Positions 12,101 to 20,193 of a stretch of DNA of 57,477 nt are shown here, piece after piece (the first letter of the stretch is position 1; each line of letters begins with the position of its first letter). Made by a program: the position numbers and the translations under genes. This DNA is from Coleofasciculus sp. B1-GNL1-01 (GTDB lineage: Bacteria; Cyanobacteriota; Cyanobacteriia; Cyanobacteriales; Coleofasciculaceae), in the NCBI GenBank assembly GCA_040220235.1, contig JAVJTO010000019.1. One strand, written 5' to 3'. The notes below the pieces were generated by a model. That model ran no database searches. It had not been told where the DNA came from and was given only the letters and a program-made list of their open reading frames with translations.

Positions 12101-14363
12101 TAGCCATAGCGCGATACAGGTATTCACTGGTGCGAAGAGCGTCTTCAACCTGTTTGCGATCGCTAATATCCCGTGCTACCCAAATTACCGCCTGATCGGA
12201 CAAAGGCGCAATGGAGATAGTAAACCACATCTCGTGGTTATCCAGGGTTAAATGATAGTCAAAATAAAGGGTTTGCTGGGTGTTCAGTACCTGTTCCACT
12301 TGCGCGAACCAAAGTTCCTCTGGGTCTTGAAAAAATTGCTCGACAATGACATTCAGTAAGTTAATGTCTTCCGGGGACAAGTAGGTTCGCTTTGTCGGTG
12401 CAACGTTGATATTTTTTTGAGCATCAATCATCAGAACAATATCGTTAATCGCTTCAAAAATCGTCCGAATTTGCTGCTCAGAACTAGAAAGCTTACCTTT
12501 GAGTAACTGACGTCCAGCAATTTCTCGCTTTAATCGTTCGTTCGCGTCCCTTAATTCAGCCGTTCGTTGAGCGACGTTGGCTTCTAGAGTCCGATGGTAA
12601 TTCTGTTGGAGTGCCTCGGCTCGTTTGCGTTCGGTGATATCAAAAAAGGCGACAATTGCGCCAATAAGTGTCCCCATTTCATCGAATAAGGGCGTCGCAT
12701 AAGCTTCCACGGGAATAATCTGATTCCGTTGATGAATTTCCAGATCATCCACTATCGTTTGTTCCCGATTAAGAGCGCGAACCACAGGCAGATTTTCCAC
12801 CGGATACAACTGCTGGGTGTCGCTCTGATAAATCTGATAGGTTATAGCTAAGTCCTCGATTTTGGCGTCGGGTAATGTCTCGATTTCTAGTAACTCTTTT
12901 GATTTTTGATTGGCATAGGTCAATTGTCCAGTTACATCATGAACTGATATGCCGACGGGTATGGCTTCTAGAATTTGAGTTAGGTTATGTTCACTTTGGC
13001 TTAAGGCTTGATTGGAGGTTTGCAGTTCTGTAAAATACTGGTGTAATTGCGCCGCCATTATGTTAAAAGAATTTGCCAGTTGACCAACTTCATCCCCCCG
13101 GTTAATTGGTAAGGATTGCTGCCATTCTCCCCGCGCGATCGCGTCAGCGGCTCTATTTAACTTCAGAATCGGTTTTGTCACCCAGCGAGCGGTAATAATT
13201 CCCAGCACAATAGACAGGATTAATGCCGCAATACACAATCCGATCGTGGTGCGCGTATTGGCATAAATCTCTGCCATAAAGTCCGATTCAGGAACAACAG
13301 TGACAATGAACCAGTTCAACCCCGATTGCTCCTGAATTGGGTTAATATGTAGGAAATAGCGATTGTCCTTAAATGTAAACTTAAACGTTTGATCCTGCTT
13401 AATTTCAGACCAGTGATTCACCTGATTCAAGAGAACATTGACGGAGGCTTTAGTCAGGGGATTCCTACTATTTTTAGCAGGTAGCCGCCAGTCTTGAATA
13501 TTTAAGTTTTTGAGATAATCTGACTCTAAATCTGGCTTAAACGGGATTTCGCCAGTCGAACTAGCAACAATTTCTCCTTTTTGATTGACAATGAAAACTT
13601 GACCCGTTTGTCCCACCTCCACACTCTCTAGAAACTCAGCCAACTCAGGCACAAAAAGGGTAGCTGCCACAACCCCTTGAAAATCTCCCTCTGAGTCATT
13701 AAACGGTAAAAAGTTAACCATCATTAATAGAGGTTGATTAACGCCCTGGGATAGACTAACAACCGGACGCCAAATTCCTTTACCTGCTTGCTTTGTCGCT
13801 GGATACCAAGCCTCACCCTCCGCTGGATCATTGTGAGGATCATAGTCAGTCATACCCTTGATTCGTTTTAGTCGCGTTCCCTGAAGATTGGCAGTATACT
13901 TGTGAAAAGCATAGTTGGTCGATTTATCAAGAACACGAATTATTAAAGAATCACTCGCCAATGATTTTGCCACAGCCAAAAATTCTCGTTCTTCAGTAGC
14001 AATTGCCACACTACTAACCGTGTCATAAATTTGCAGTTGTTGGGCGAAGTAGCGTTCTAAACCCGGAAAATTTTTCCAGTCTATAACCCCAGTCCGAATA
14101 GCAGCAGCAAGATTTTGAGTTACCTGGTGAGGATTTTCCAGATAATCAGACACATTTTGCTCAACACGCTCGTCCACCTCATCGATTAACTGATAGGCTA
14201 AGTTGTCAACTGTCTTTTGATTATTACGATAGGAAAGATATCCGACTGATCCCACCGTTCCGACAATTTGCAGGACAAACTGAACAATAATAACGGTTCT
14301 CAGAGGCAGGTTTCCGGCAACATTAGCTAGGAATGATTTTAGGGATTGACTAGGATGTAGCAT
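6162..14363 (-). CDS. Giant membrane hybrid histidine kinase (Cache-HAMP-14 PAS-HisKA-HATPase-REC)
   Basis: Two TM segments flank an extracytoplasmic Cache-like domain; HAMP (DEVGQLANSFN); 14 DI(T/S)xRK-type PAC ends counted; H-box MSHELRTPL; GTGLGL; C-terminal REC. Confidence 0.93.
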   Translation of the reverse strand: MLHPSQSLKSFLANVAGNLPLRTVIIVQFVLQIVGTVGSVGYLSYRNNQKTVDNLAYQLIDEVDERVEQNVSDYLENPHQVTQNLAAAIRTGVIDWKNFPGLERYFAQQLQIYDTVSSVAIATEEREFLAVAKSLASDSLIIRVLDKSTNYAFHKYTANLQGTRLKRIKGMTDYDPHNDPAEGEAWYPATKQAGKGIWRPVVSLSQGVNQPLLMMVNFLPFNDSEGDFQGVVAATLFVPELAEFLESVEVGQTGQVFIVNQKGEIVASSTGEIPFKPDLESDYLKNLNIQDWRLPAKNSRNPLTKASVNVLLNQVNHWSEIKQDQTFKFTFKDNRYFLHINPIQEQSGLNWFIVTVVPESDFMAEIYANTRTTIGLCIAALILSIVLGIITARWVTKPILKLNRAADAIARGEWQQSLPINRGDEVGQLANSFNIMAAQLHQYFTELQTSNQALSQSEHNLTQILEAIPVGISVHDVTGQLTYANQKSKELLEIETLPDAKIEDLAITYQIYQSDTQQLYPVENLPVVRALNREQTIVDDLEIHQRNQIIPVEAYATPLFDEMGTLIGAIVAFFDITERKRAEALQQNYHRTLEANVAQRTAELRDANERLKREIAGRQLLKGKLSSSEQQIRTIFEAINDIVLMIDAQKNINVAPTKRTYLSPEDINLLNVIVEQFFQDPEELWFAQVEQVLNTQQTLYFDYHLTLDNHEMWFTISIAPLSDQAVIWVARDISDRKQVEDALRTSEYLYRAMARNFPNGAMFLFDDNLRYLVADGQALAQAGHRGEALHGKTLWEVLPPDTCAIVEPLYHAALAGIEQTQEISLGEFTYLCQSTAVRNDAGTIIAGMVVTQDITDRKQFEQALIRSENRFQEIARTVSQFFFVRSASSGQFLYVSPAYETIWGRSCESLYQHPESWIEAVHPEDRPLVLDSLSQQFQGHSVKREYRIIRPDGEQRWITADISVVRDETGELLRFVGLVEDITERKQAELELQSTKERLQYLLTASPAVIFSSQIEGDYSATFMSENASTILGYDAENFIDNAPFWWERVHPEDRTVINEVIPQLFAQGYCTYEYRFHHGDGTYHWLTTQLRLIRDEMGTPLECVGYLIDITERKRAEEALREREEEYRRIVETADEGIWSIDMDGNTIFVNPKMAQMLGYSVEQMLEQPMFAFMDEAGKAMATRNLERRRQGIHEKHEFKFRRRDGSELWTLIASTPICDASGQATGVLGMITDITERKQAEDALRYSEQLYRTMAKHFPNGAIFLFDQELRYLVADGQGLGRSGSGYSRDVLEGKTIWEALSEQECAVVEPLYRDALAGIEKTLEIPYRNRTQLLQIRAVRDEAGEIIAGMVVAQDITERKQTEEALRESEAFLRSIYEGIEAAVFIVDVLENGEFRYVSINPTHERMSGLRNSEIKGKTPHEVLTPDIAEAVCQRYRRCLAAGEKITYEHSLQINGKDSWWISSLTPLKDRKSRIYRLIGTSFNISDRKQIELQLKENQRFIEKIINASPQLLYLFDPTAGTDLYINRQSLDILGYTPEEIIRRGMEFFLNVLHPDDLPLIERNINFWQTASDSDVLTTESRFRHNDGSWRWLLSKEVVFERDENNRVIRILGTSQDITELKEAEDALRRYERIVSSTTDAISLVDSNYTYKIVNQAYLDWNQKQYNEIVGHSVSDLLGEDVFVQVIKPNLDRCLAGETINYQEWFDYPGGKHEFISVTYIPYLDANQRISGVVVNCRNLTELKQVETQLRQTNQEMQAIFDAFPDILFRLAADGTILDFRTKNYQELYTSPDSFLHHKIQEVLPTDVGEKLYAAIQQVLATESLVSIEYSLPLSNGEQYFEARMVPLNQTEVIALTRNISDRKQAELALAASQARFAGILEIAKDGIISVDSEQRIILFNQGAEQMFGYKADQVLGQPLDLLLPPRAATIHRQHVTNFAESAGKARQMGERNELFGRRQDGTEFPMEASISKLDINGEIICTAILRDISDRKQAELALSQQKEILQAIFDALPVMLCFVNDRSKVQLINPAFEQTLGWSLAEIQNIDNIIAELYPNPEYCASVLEFVLKADGTWRDFQTRIRTGEIIDTTWANIRLPDGSILGIGKDITDRKKAELALQEREYRLRTLADNLPNGLIYQLVREPNGTFHFSYITAGIERLVGIKPEVIIQDASVLFNLIVDEDRQLNYQRNEESWRNLSIYEMQMRKRTPSGDIQWSYVRSAPRRLADGRTIWDGIEIDITELKKTEIELAKAKDAAEAANRAKSAFLASMSHELRTPLNGILGYAQILKPNPNLTQKQKDGIEIIHQCGKHLLTLINDILDLSKVEAGKLELYPEDFYFPSFIVGLCEIFRLKTIQKDISFIYNPPTPVPQIVHADEKRLRQVLMNLLSNAVKFTDTGNVTFTVSIINQEQKTNDQRRMANNHIRFQVEDTGIGMNSEDLETIFLPFEQVRDSSRHHEGTGLGLAITQKLIALMGSQIRVESHPGVGSKFWFEVDLPEVSSSAQFIPAKPLDTIVGYAGAKCKILIVDDRWENCAVLRSVLEPIGFEIQEAANGQEGVEKAAEWQPDLILVDIVMPVMNGHQMTQHLRQLPEFKTMPIIAISANAFANNRVESLEAGCTDFLTKPIATEELLQKIQVYLDMSWIYQDKAEPSNSYLESGDRVIPTQEELRVLYEAASMGDVAGVEEETMRLQDINPDYIPFALEVLGMAAQFDYEKIVNLLENYFGDW

Positions 14364-14365
14364 AC

Positions 14366-14470
14366 TTTGTCATTTGTCATTTGTCATTTGTCATTTGTCA
14401 TTTGTCATTTGTCATTTGTCATTTGTCATTTGTCATTTGTCATTTGTCATTTGTCATTTGTCATTTGTCA
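14366..14470. repeat. STRR heptamer array (TTTGTCA)x15
   Basis: Perfect tandem array beginning 2 bp from the kinase start codon. Confidence 0.95.
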
Positions 14471-14647
14471 TTTGTGATAATTGAATGGTTAGGTCGGGGC
14501 GGGTTTAGTTATATCCGGGTGAAATCAAAATGTTAGTGGTAAAACCCGCCCCTACATAGGGCTTGCTGAATACAATAGACGTTCTATAGCGCTCCCCCTG
14601 CTCCCCCTGCTCCCCCTGCTCCCCCTGCTTCCCCTGCTTCCCCATCT
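14471..14647. repeat. REP-like core plus 9-mer (CTCCCCCTG) tandem array
   Basis: GGGGCGGGTTT...AAACCCGCCCCTAC at 14493-14555; about six 9-mers at 14592-14645. Confidence 0.85.
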
Positions 14648-14728
14648 CTGGCAATCTTGGCGAAAGAAGGCACAGATTGGGCTTACTATTGGGTAGTTGC
14701 CCCTGTTGGGTTCACTACCTTCTGACAC

Positions 14729-15697
14729 ATGACTGAAGGATCACATCGTATTCAGACGAGTCGTCTGATATTATTTACAACGCTTTGGCTAACCTTATTT
14801 ATATTATCGGTTAAAGTTTCTGCGGCTTGGGCGACGCGATCGCTAAGTCTTATGGCAGAATCGATGCAGACGTTATTGGTTAGCTTCAGTACCCTGCTGA
14901 GTTTATATAAGCTAATCGCCCATGAGCATCCCATCCGGCGATCGGTGTATGGTCATGGTAAGTGGGAAACCCTGATCCTATTCTTACTGATTGGCTTTCT
15001 GGGGTTTACCGGATTAAATGTCTGGGGAATGTCAGCGCAACAATTATTGAACCAACCCTCAGATGAGTGGTTGACGTTTCCGGTGCGAGTAAGTTTACCC
15101 CTGATTCAATTACTCGCCGTTGTGATCATTACCAGTTTAGGATTGGCATTAGTTGGACGGTATCAAGGGAAACAACTGAGAAGCGCTGCCTTAGGGTTTA
15201 ATGCTCGACAACTGTTGTTAGATGTTTGCCTGACTCTGGTTGTACTCCTAGGACTTTTGGGCGTCGAGGCGGGTTGGGTTTGGCTGGATGTAGTGCTAGC
15301 CATTGTCCTGGTTCCCGTGGCGGTGAGGAATTGCTGGCAAGTGATCAACTGGCAATTTCCCCTACTGGTTGAGCAAACCGCGATCGCTCCCGAAATTCTA
15401 GCGCAAATTGCTCATCAAGTTGGCGGAATTACTCACTGTTATCATATTCAATCACGAGGCGTTGTCGGGCGTTATGTGTATATTCAAATGCACCTGATCA
15501 TCCATCCTGAATTTGCTGGCGTCACTTCTTTACTGGTGGAACGAATTAAGGGCATGATTGAGGAAGAATATGGTCCGGTGCAGGTGACATTTTATATTGA
15601 GGATGACTTTACTGTAGCGGCAAATCGTCATCGTTCAGGGTTTATGTCAGATCAGAATCCTGATAATCCAAATAATCCTGAGTTCGGGGATTGGTAA
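14729..15697 (+). CDS. Cation diffusion facilitator (CDF)-family protein, divergent
   Basis: Six TM segments, YGHGKWE loop and C-terminal dimerisation domain (CYHIQSRG...MHL). Confidence 0.8.
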   Translation: MTEGSHRIQTSRLILFTTLWLTLFILSVKVSAAWATRSLSLMAESMQTLLVSFSTLLSLYKLIAHEHPIRRSVYGHGKWETLILFLLIGFLGFTGLNVWGMSAQQLLNQPSDEWLTFPVRVSLPLIQLLAVVIITSLGLALVGRYQGKQLRSAALGFNARQLLLDVCLTLVVLLGLLGVEAGWVWLDVVLAIVLVPVAVRNCWQVINWQFPLLVEQTAIAPEILAQIAHQVGGITHCYHIQSRGVVGRYVYIQMHLIIHPEFAGVTSLLVERIKGMIEEEYGPVQVTFYIEDDFTVAANRHRSGFMSDQNPDNPNNPEFGDW

Positions 15698-15702
15698 TTT
15701 GT

Positions 15703-15896
15703 CGTCATTAGTCATTAGTCATTAGTCATTAGTCATTAGTCATTAGTCATTGGTCATTTGTCATTCGTCTTTATGCATAATTGAACGGTTAGGTTGGGGC
15801 GGGTGTAGGGTGCGTTAGCGAAGCGTAACGCACCATTTCAAACGTTAGTATTAAAACCCGCCCCTACAAAAGATGTTTCATCGGAACGTCCCTGCT
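15703..15896. repeat. STRR (GTCATTA/GTCATTT) array plus nested REP-like elements
   Basis: Heptamer array at 15704-15768; GGGGCGGG...AAACCCGCCCCTAC with an internal GTAGGGTGCGTTAGCGAAGCGTAACGCACC. Confidence 0.85.
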
Positions 15897-16442
15897 TCAC
15901 CCATCTCCCTCATCTCCCTCATCTCCCTCATCTCCCTTATCTCCCTTATCTCCCTCATCTTCTTCATCCGGAAGAGTAATATTATACTTTTCTAATTGAT
16001 CCTGTAACTTGGCTTCCCGTTCCTCCATTTGTTGCTGTTGGAGTTTTAACTCAATTTCCAAGGCTTGAATATTTTCGCGACGGGCTTCCATTTCAGCACG
16101 CTGACGAGTTAAATCTTGACTTTGTAACGTCAAATCTTGTCGCCATTGTTCGGTGCGGGTCACTTCTTCCTGTAAGAACATGGGCGTAATTCCGATAGTT
16201 AGATATCGGTGGACGAAGTTTAATACCCACTCCTTGGCAGATTGAATATCCAGAACCTCTTGATTGTCAGAAATATCTACCAACACTAACGATCCTTGAT
16301 GAAAGGCGTTCGCACCATCCAGCGAAATGCTTTCTGGTGGATTAATGACTGCCCAGCAATCATCCGATTCTTGACGAGCTAGCAATTCGAGTTCAATGCT
16401 GCCGTCTTTGTCATTTTTTTGCACTTCACCCAGATGTAGCAT
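15897..16442 (-). CDS. Conserved cyanobacterial coiled-coil protein with HmpF-like N-terminus
   Basis: MLHLGEVQK...LELLARQ...W; EQWRQDLTLQSQDL coiled coil; acidic tail encoded by 9-bp repeats. Confidence 0.7.
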   Translation of the reverse strand: MLHLGEVQKNDKDGSIELELLARQESDDCWAVINPPESISLDGANAFHQGSLVLVDISDNQEVLDIQSAKEWVLNFVHRYLTIGITPMFLQEEVTRTEQWRQDLTLQSQDLTRQRAEMEARRENIQALEIELKLQQQQMEEREAKLQDQLEKYNITLPDEEDEGDKGDKGDEGDEGDEGDG

Positions 16443-16511
16443 AGCCTGTTAGTTGTTGGTCGTTAATGAGCAAGGAATTGATTTTCACGAAGGAATAATG
16501 TATCATCTTTT

Positions 16512-19265
16512 TCAAAGTCGCTTGAGGCGATCGCGCAAAATTTCGGCTTGATGCATAGACTCACTCAATGCATCCTTAGCACCCTGGACAATAGGGGCGG
16601 GGGCTTTATTGACAAAGTTTGGATTCGCCAAACGACTCGACAGAGATTTGACTTCAGCATCGATTTTACTGAGATCTTTTTCTAACTTAGCGCGAAGTGT
16701 TTCAACATCAACTAAACCCGCTAGAGGAATAATCACTTGAACCGTACCCGTTACACCTGCCATCGTGTTTTTCAATTCTTCGGTTAAGGCTGGCACAATC
16801 GTCAAGGTATCAACTTTGCCTAAGTCTTGTAGATAAGATTCACCCTTCTGTAAAATCTCTCGTTCATCCGGATTTTCACTTTGCAAAATCACGGGGGCTT
16901 TTGTCTTCGGTTTCACACCCGCTTCTGCACGCAGGTTGCGGATGGTGCGGATTGCACCAATGAGTAACTCGAACTGCTTTTCTAGATCTTGATTGATAGG
17001 AAATACACCCGGTTCGGTTTCCGAGTCGGGTAGCGCGGGATAGGGTTGTAACGCTAAACACTCGTCTGTCTTTTGCGTCAAAGTATGCCAGATTTCTTCG
17101 GTAATGTGCGGCATAAACGGATGCAACAGTTTCAGGATACCATCGAGGATGTATGCCAGGGTTTGCTGGGCGATTTGCCGCGATTGGGTTCCCTGCTGGC
17201 GTAACCGTTGTTTGACCAGTTCAATATACCAGTCACAAAAGTCACCCCAGATAAAGTCATAGAGTCCCTTGGCGGCTTCTCCTAAACCGTAATGATCGAT
17301 ATCCTGACGGGTTTGAGTAACAACTTGATAAAAGCGGGAGAGAATCCAGCGATCGCTTAATTCTAATGTATCCCGTTCCTGTGCCAATGGCGAACCCAAG
17401 ACTTGGGGCGATTTCCCATCCAGATTCATCATCACAAACCGCGCCGCATTCCAGAGTTTATTGGCAAAGTTGCGCGAGGCTTCTACGGATGCCGATTCAT
17501 CGGTTTGGCGATTATACTCTAAACGAATATCTTGACCCGCACCTGCGACTTCCCGGATTAAGGTATAGCGTAGCGCATCGGTTCCATATTTCTCGATCAA
17601 AAGCAGCGGATCAATGCCATTATTGGCTGACTTGGACATCTTTTTGTTATTTTCATCCCGGACTAAGCCGTGGATGTAAACGGTTTGGAATGGCATTTGA
17701 TCAGTAAAATACCCACCCATCATCGTCATCCGGGCAACCCAGAAAAAGATGATATCAAAGCCTGTAACCAATACAGTAGTAGGATAGTACGTCTCTAAAT
17801 CCTTTGTCTGTTGGGGCCAGCCCATGGTGGAGAAGGGCCACAAGCCGGAGGAAAACCAAGTGTCGAGAACATCGGGGTCTTGAATGAGCTTGACAGATTC
17901 ACCAAATTGTGATTTTGCTTTTTCTAAGGCTTCGGCTTCACTGTGAGCCACGATAAAGGGAGTATTATCGGTAATTTCGCCTCCGGTTTCACTAACCGCA
18001 TACCAAGCGGGAATTTGATGTCCCCACCAGAGTTGGCGCGAAATACACCAGTCTTCTAACTTAACTAACCAGTCTCGGTAAACTTTTGTCCAGCGATCGG
18101 GGACAAAATTGGGGGAGTGATGCTGATCCAGCGATTCCAGGGCTTTATCCGCCAGGGGACGAATCTTAACGAACCATTGGGTGGATAATAGGGGTTCAAC
18201 GGGGACTTTGCCGCGATCGCTATAGGGAACGGTATGATGATAGTCTTCAACTTTCACCAGACATCCATCCGCCTCGAGGCGCTGCACCACATTTTTCCGG
18301 GCGACAAATCGGTCTTGTCCTTGAAACTCGCCCGCATTTTCATTCAGCGTGCCATCTTTATTCAGAATAGTAATGAAGGGCAGGTCATGGCGTTTACCCA
18401 TCTCAAAGTCATTAGGATCATGGGCAGGTGTAACTTTGACACAGCCTGTCCCGAAACTAGGGTCAACCAACTCATCCCCAATCACCGGAATCTCTCGCCC
18501 CATAATCGGCAAGGTCAAGGTTTTGCCAATTAAATGCTGATAGCGTTCATCCTTGGGATTAACCGCCACTGCTGTATCCCCCAGCATCGTTTCCGGGCGA
18601 GTTGTCGCCACTTCCACTGACCCATTTCCCTCAGTCAGGGGATAACGAAAATGCCACAGATGACCATTAACCTCCTTATTTTCCACCTCCAAATCCGAAA
18701 CCGCCGACTGGGATTGGGGACACCAATTCACCATATATTCACCCCGGTAAATCAGTCCGGCGTCATAGAGTTGGACAAAGGCTTCCAGCACCGCATTAGA
18801 CAAGCCTTCGTCCATGGTGAACCGTTCCCGCGACCAATCCACCGACACGCCTAAGCGACGCAATTGGTTAACAATCCACCCCCCTGATTCTTCTTTCCAT
18901 TGCCAAGCGCGATTTAGATAGGTTTCCCGTCCTACCTCTTGACGAGTTTTGCCTTCAGCCTTGAGTTGCCGATCTAAGATTGTGGACACCGCAATACTGG
19001 CATGGTCAGTTCCCGGAACCCACAGCGTATTAAACCCCTTCATTCGGTTATAGCGAACTAGGATATCCATAATGGTTTGTCCCAAGGCGTGACCCATGTG
19101 CAGGCTACCTGTGACATTGGGCGGTGGAATCACCATGGAATAGGGTTCGCCATCTTGTTCGGGGTTAGCTTGAAAAACACCTTGTTCTTCCCAAAACTGC
19201 TGCCATTTGGCTTCGGTCGTGGTGGGATCATATTGAGTGGGTAGGGAGGGAGTGGTTGCTGTCAT
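16512..19265 (-). CDS. valS: Valine--tRNA ligase
   Basis: [30 protein letters not shown] and C-terminal coiled coil; probable start MTATTP. Confidence 0.98.
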   Translation of the reverse strand: MTATTPSLPTQYDPTTTEAKWQQFWEEQGVFQANPEQDGEPYSMVIPPPNVTGSLHMGHALGQTIMDILVRYNRMKGFNTLWVPGTDHASIAVSTILDRQLKAEGKTRQEVGRETYLNRAWQWKEESGGWIVNQLRRLGVSVDWSRERFTMDEGLSNAVLEAFVQLYDAGLIYRGEYMVNWCPQSQSAVSDLEVENKEVNGHLWHFRYPLTEGNGSVEVATTRPETMLGDTAVAVNPKDERYQHLIGKTLTLPIMGREIPVIGDELVDPSFGTGCVKVTPAHDPNDFEMGKRHDLPFITILNKDGTLNENAGEFQGQDRFVARKNVVQRLEADGCLVKVEDYHHTVPYSDRGKVPVEPLLSTQWFVKIRPLADKALESLDQHHSPNFVPDRWTKVYRDWLVKLEDWCISRQLWWGHQIPAWYAVSETGGEITDNTPFIVAHSEAEALEKAKSQFGESVKLIQDPDVLDTWFSSGLWPFSTMGWPQQTKDLETYYPTTVLVTGFDIIFFWVARMTMMGGYFTDQMPFQTVYIHGLVRDENNKKMSKSANNGIDPLLLIEKYGTDALRYTLIREVAGAGQDIRLEYNRQTDESASVEASRNFANKLWNAARFVMMNLDGKSPQVLGSPLAQERDTLELSDRWILSRFYQVVTQTRQDIDHYGLGEAAKGLYDFIWGDFCDWYIELVKQRLRQQGTQSRQIAQQTLAYILDGILKLLHPFMPHITEEIWHTLTQKTDECLALQPYPALPDSETEPGVFPINQDLEKQFELLIGAIRTIRNLRAEAGVKPKTKAPVILQSENPDEREILQKGESYLQDLGKVDTLTIVPALTEELKNTMAGVTGTVQVIIPLAGLVDVETLRAKLEKDLSKIDAEVKSLSSRLANPNFVNKAPAPIVQGAKDALSESMHQAEILRDRLKRL

Positions 19266-19461
19266 GGAAATCTTGGGTTTTACGTTTAATTTTGCCATAC
19301 CCGACGACGGGGTTTGGGGTTCACCGAGGTTAACGTCAAAAAATAGATGAATTAAGTCTTGTTATTTTTTCAGACCACGGTAAGATATAAAAGCCTCAAG
19401 CCAAGACCCGATTATACATAAGCAAGAGGCAATTGCCTTTGTGCCACTTTGGTGTTAGCTG

Positions 19462-19980
19462 ATGAAACACACCCTTTCAGTTTTAGTTGAAGATGAAGCT
19501 GGCGTCTTAACTCGCATCGCTGGTTTATTTGCCCGTCGCGGCTTCAATATTGAAAGTCTCGCCGTTGGTCCGGCAGAAAAAGTTGGGATTTCCCGAATTA
19601 CGATGGTAGTGCCTGGGGATGAGCGATCAATTGAGCAACTCACCAAGCAACTCTACAAGTTGATCAATGTGATCAAGGTTCAAGAGATTACCACGACTCC
19701 TTGTGTGGAACGGGAATTAATGTTGATCAAAGTCAACGGCACCAGTTCCACGCGATCGGAGATTATTGAACTTGCCCAAGTATTCCGGGCGCGGGTGGTC
19801 GATATTGCCGAAGATTCCCTAACCATTGAAGTTGTGGGAGACCCTGGAAAAATGGTCGCGATCGTCCAGATTTTAAGCAAGTTCGGACTGCGAGAAGTCG
19901 CCCGGACAGGGAAAATTGCCCTAATCCGCGAATCCGGTGTCAATACCGAATATCTCAAGTCCCTAGAAGCCAAAGTCTAA
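19462..19980 (+). CDS. ilvN: Acetolactate synthase small (regulatory) subunit
   Basis: ACT domain [45 protein letters not shown]. Confidence 0.97.
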   Translation: MKHTLSVLVEDEAGVLTRIAGLFARRGFNIESLAVGPAEKVGISRITMVVPGDERSIEQLTKQLYKLINVIKVQEITTTPCVERELMLIKVNGTSSTRSEIIELAQVFRARVVDIAEDSLTIEVVGDPGKMVAIVQILSKFGLREVARTGKIALIRESGVNTEYLKSLEAKV

Positions 19981-20056
19981 CTGAAAACCCGAACCCCCAC
20001 TCAGTTATTGACACCCTTGGAGAGGTGAGAAAGCATAAACCCCCTTTTATTCATCT

Positions 20057-20119
20057 GTAGGGGCGGGTTTAGGGATTACGTTGTCCGAATTAATGATAAC
20101 CTTTGTTCAAAACCCGCCC
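20057..20119. repeat. REP-like inverted-repeat element
   Basis: GTAGGGGCGGGTTT...AAACCCGCCC between convergent genes. Confidence 0.8.
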
Positions 20120-20193
20120 TTTCCCCAACAGGAGATTGGCAATTGAAAAAAAGGGAATTGGTGATTAGTGACAGGAGAAATTCTCCCCCATCT

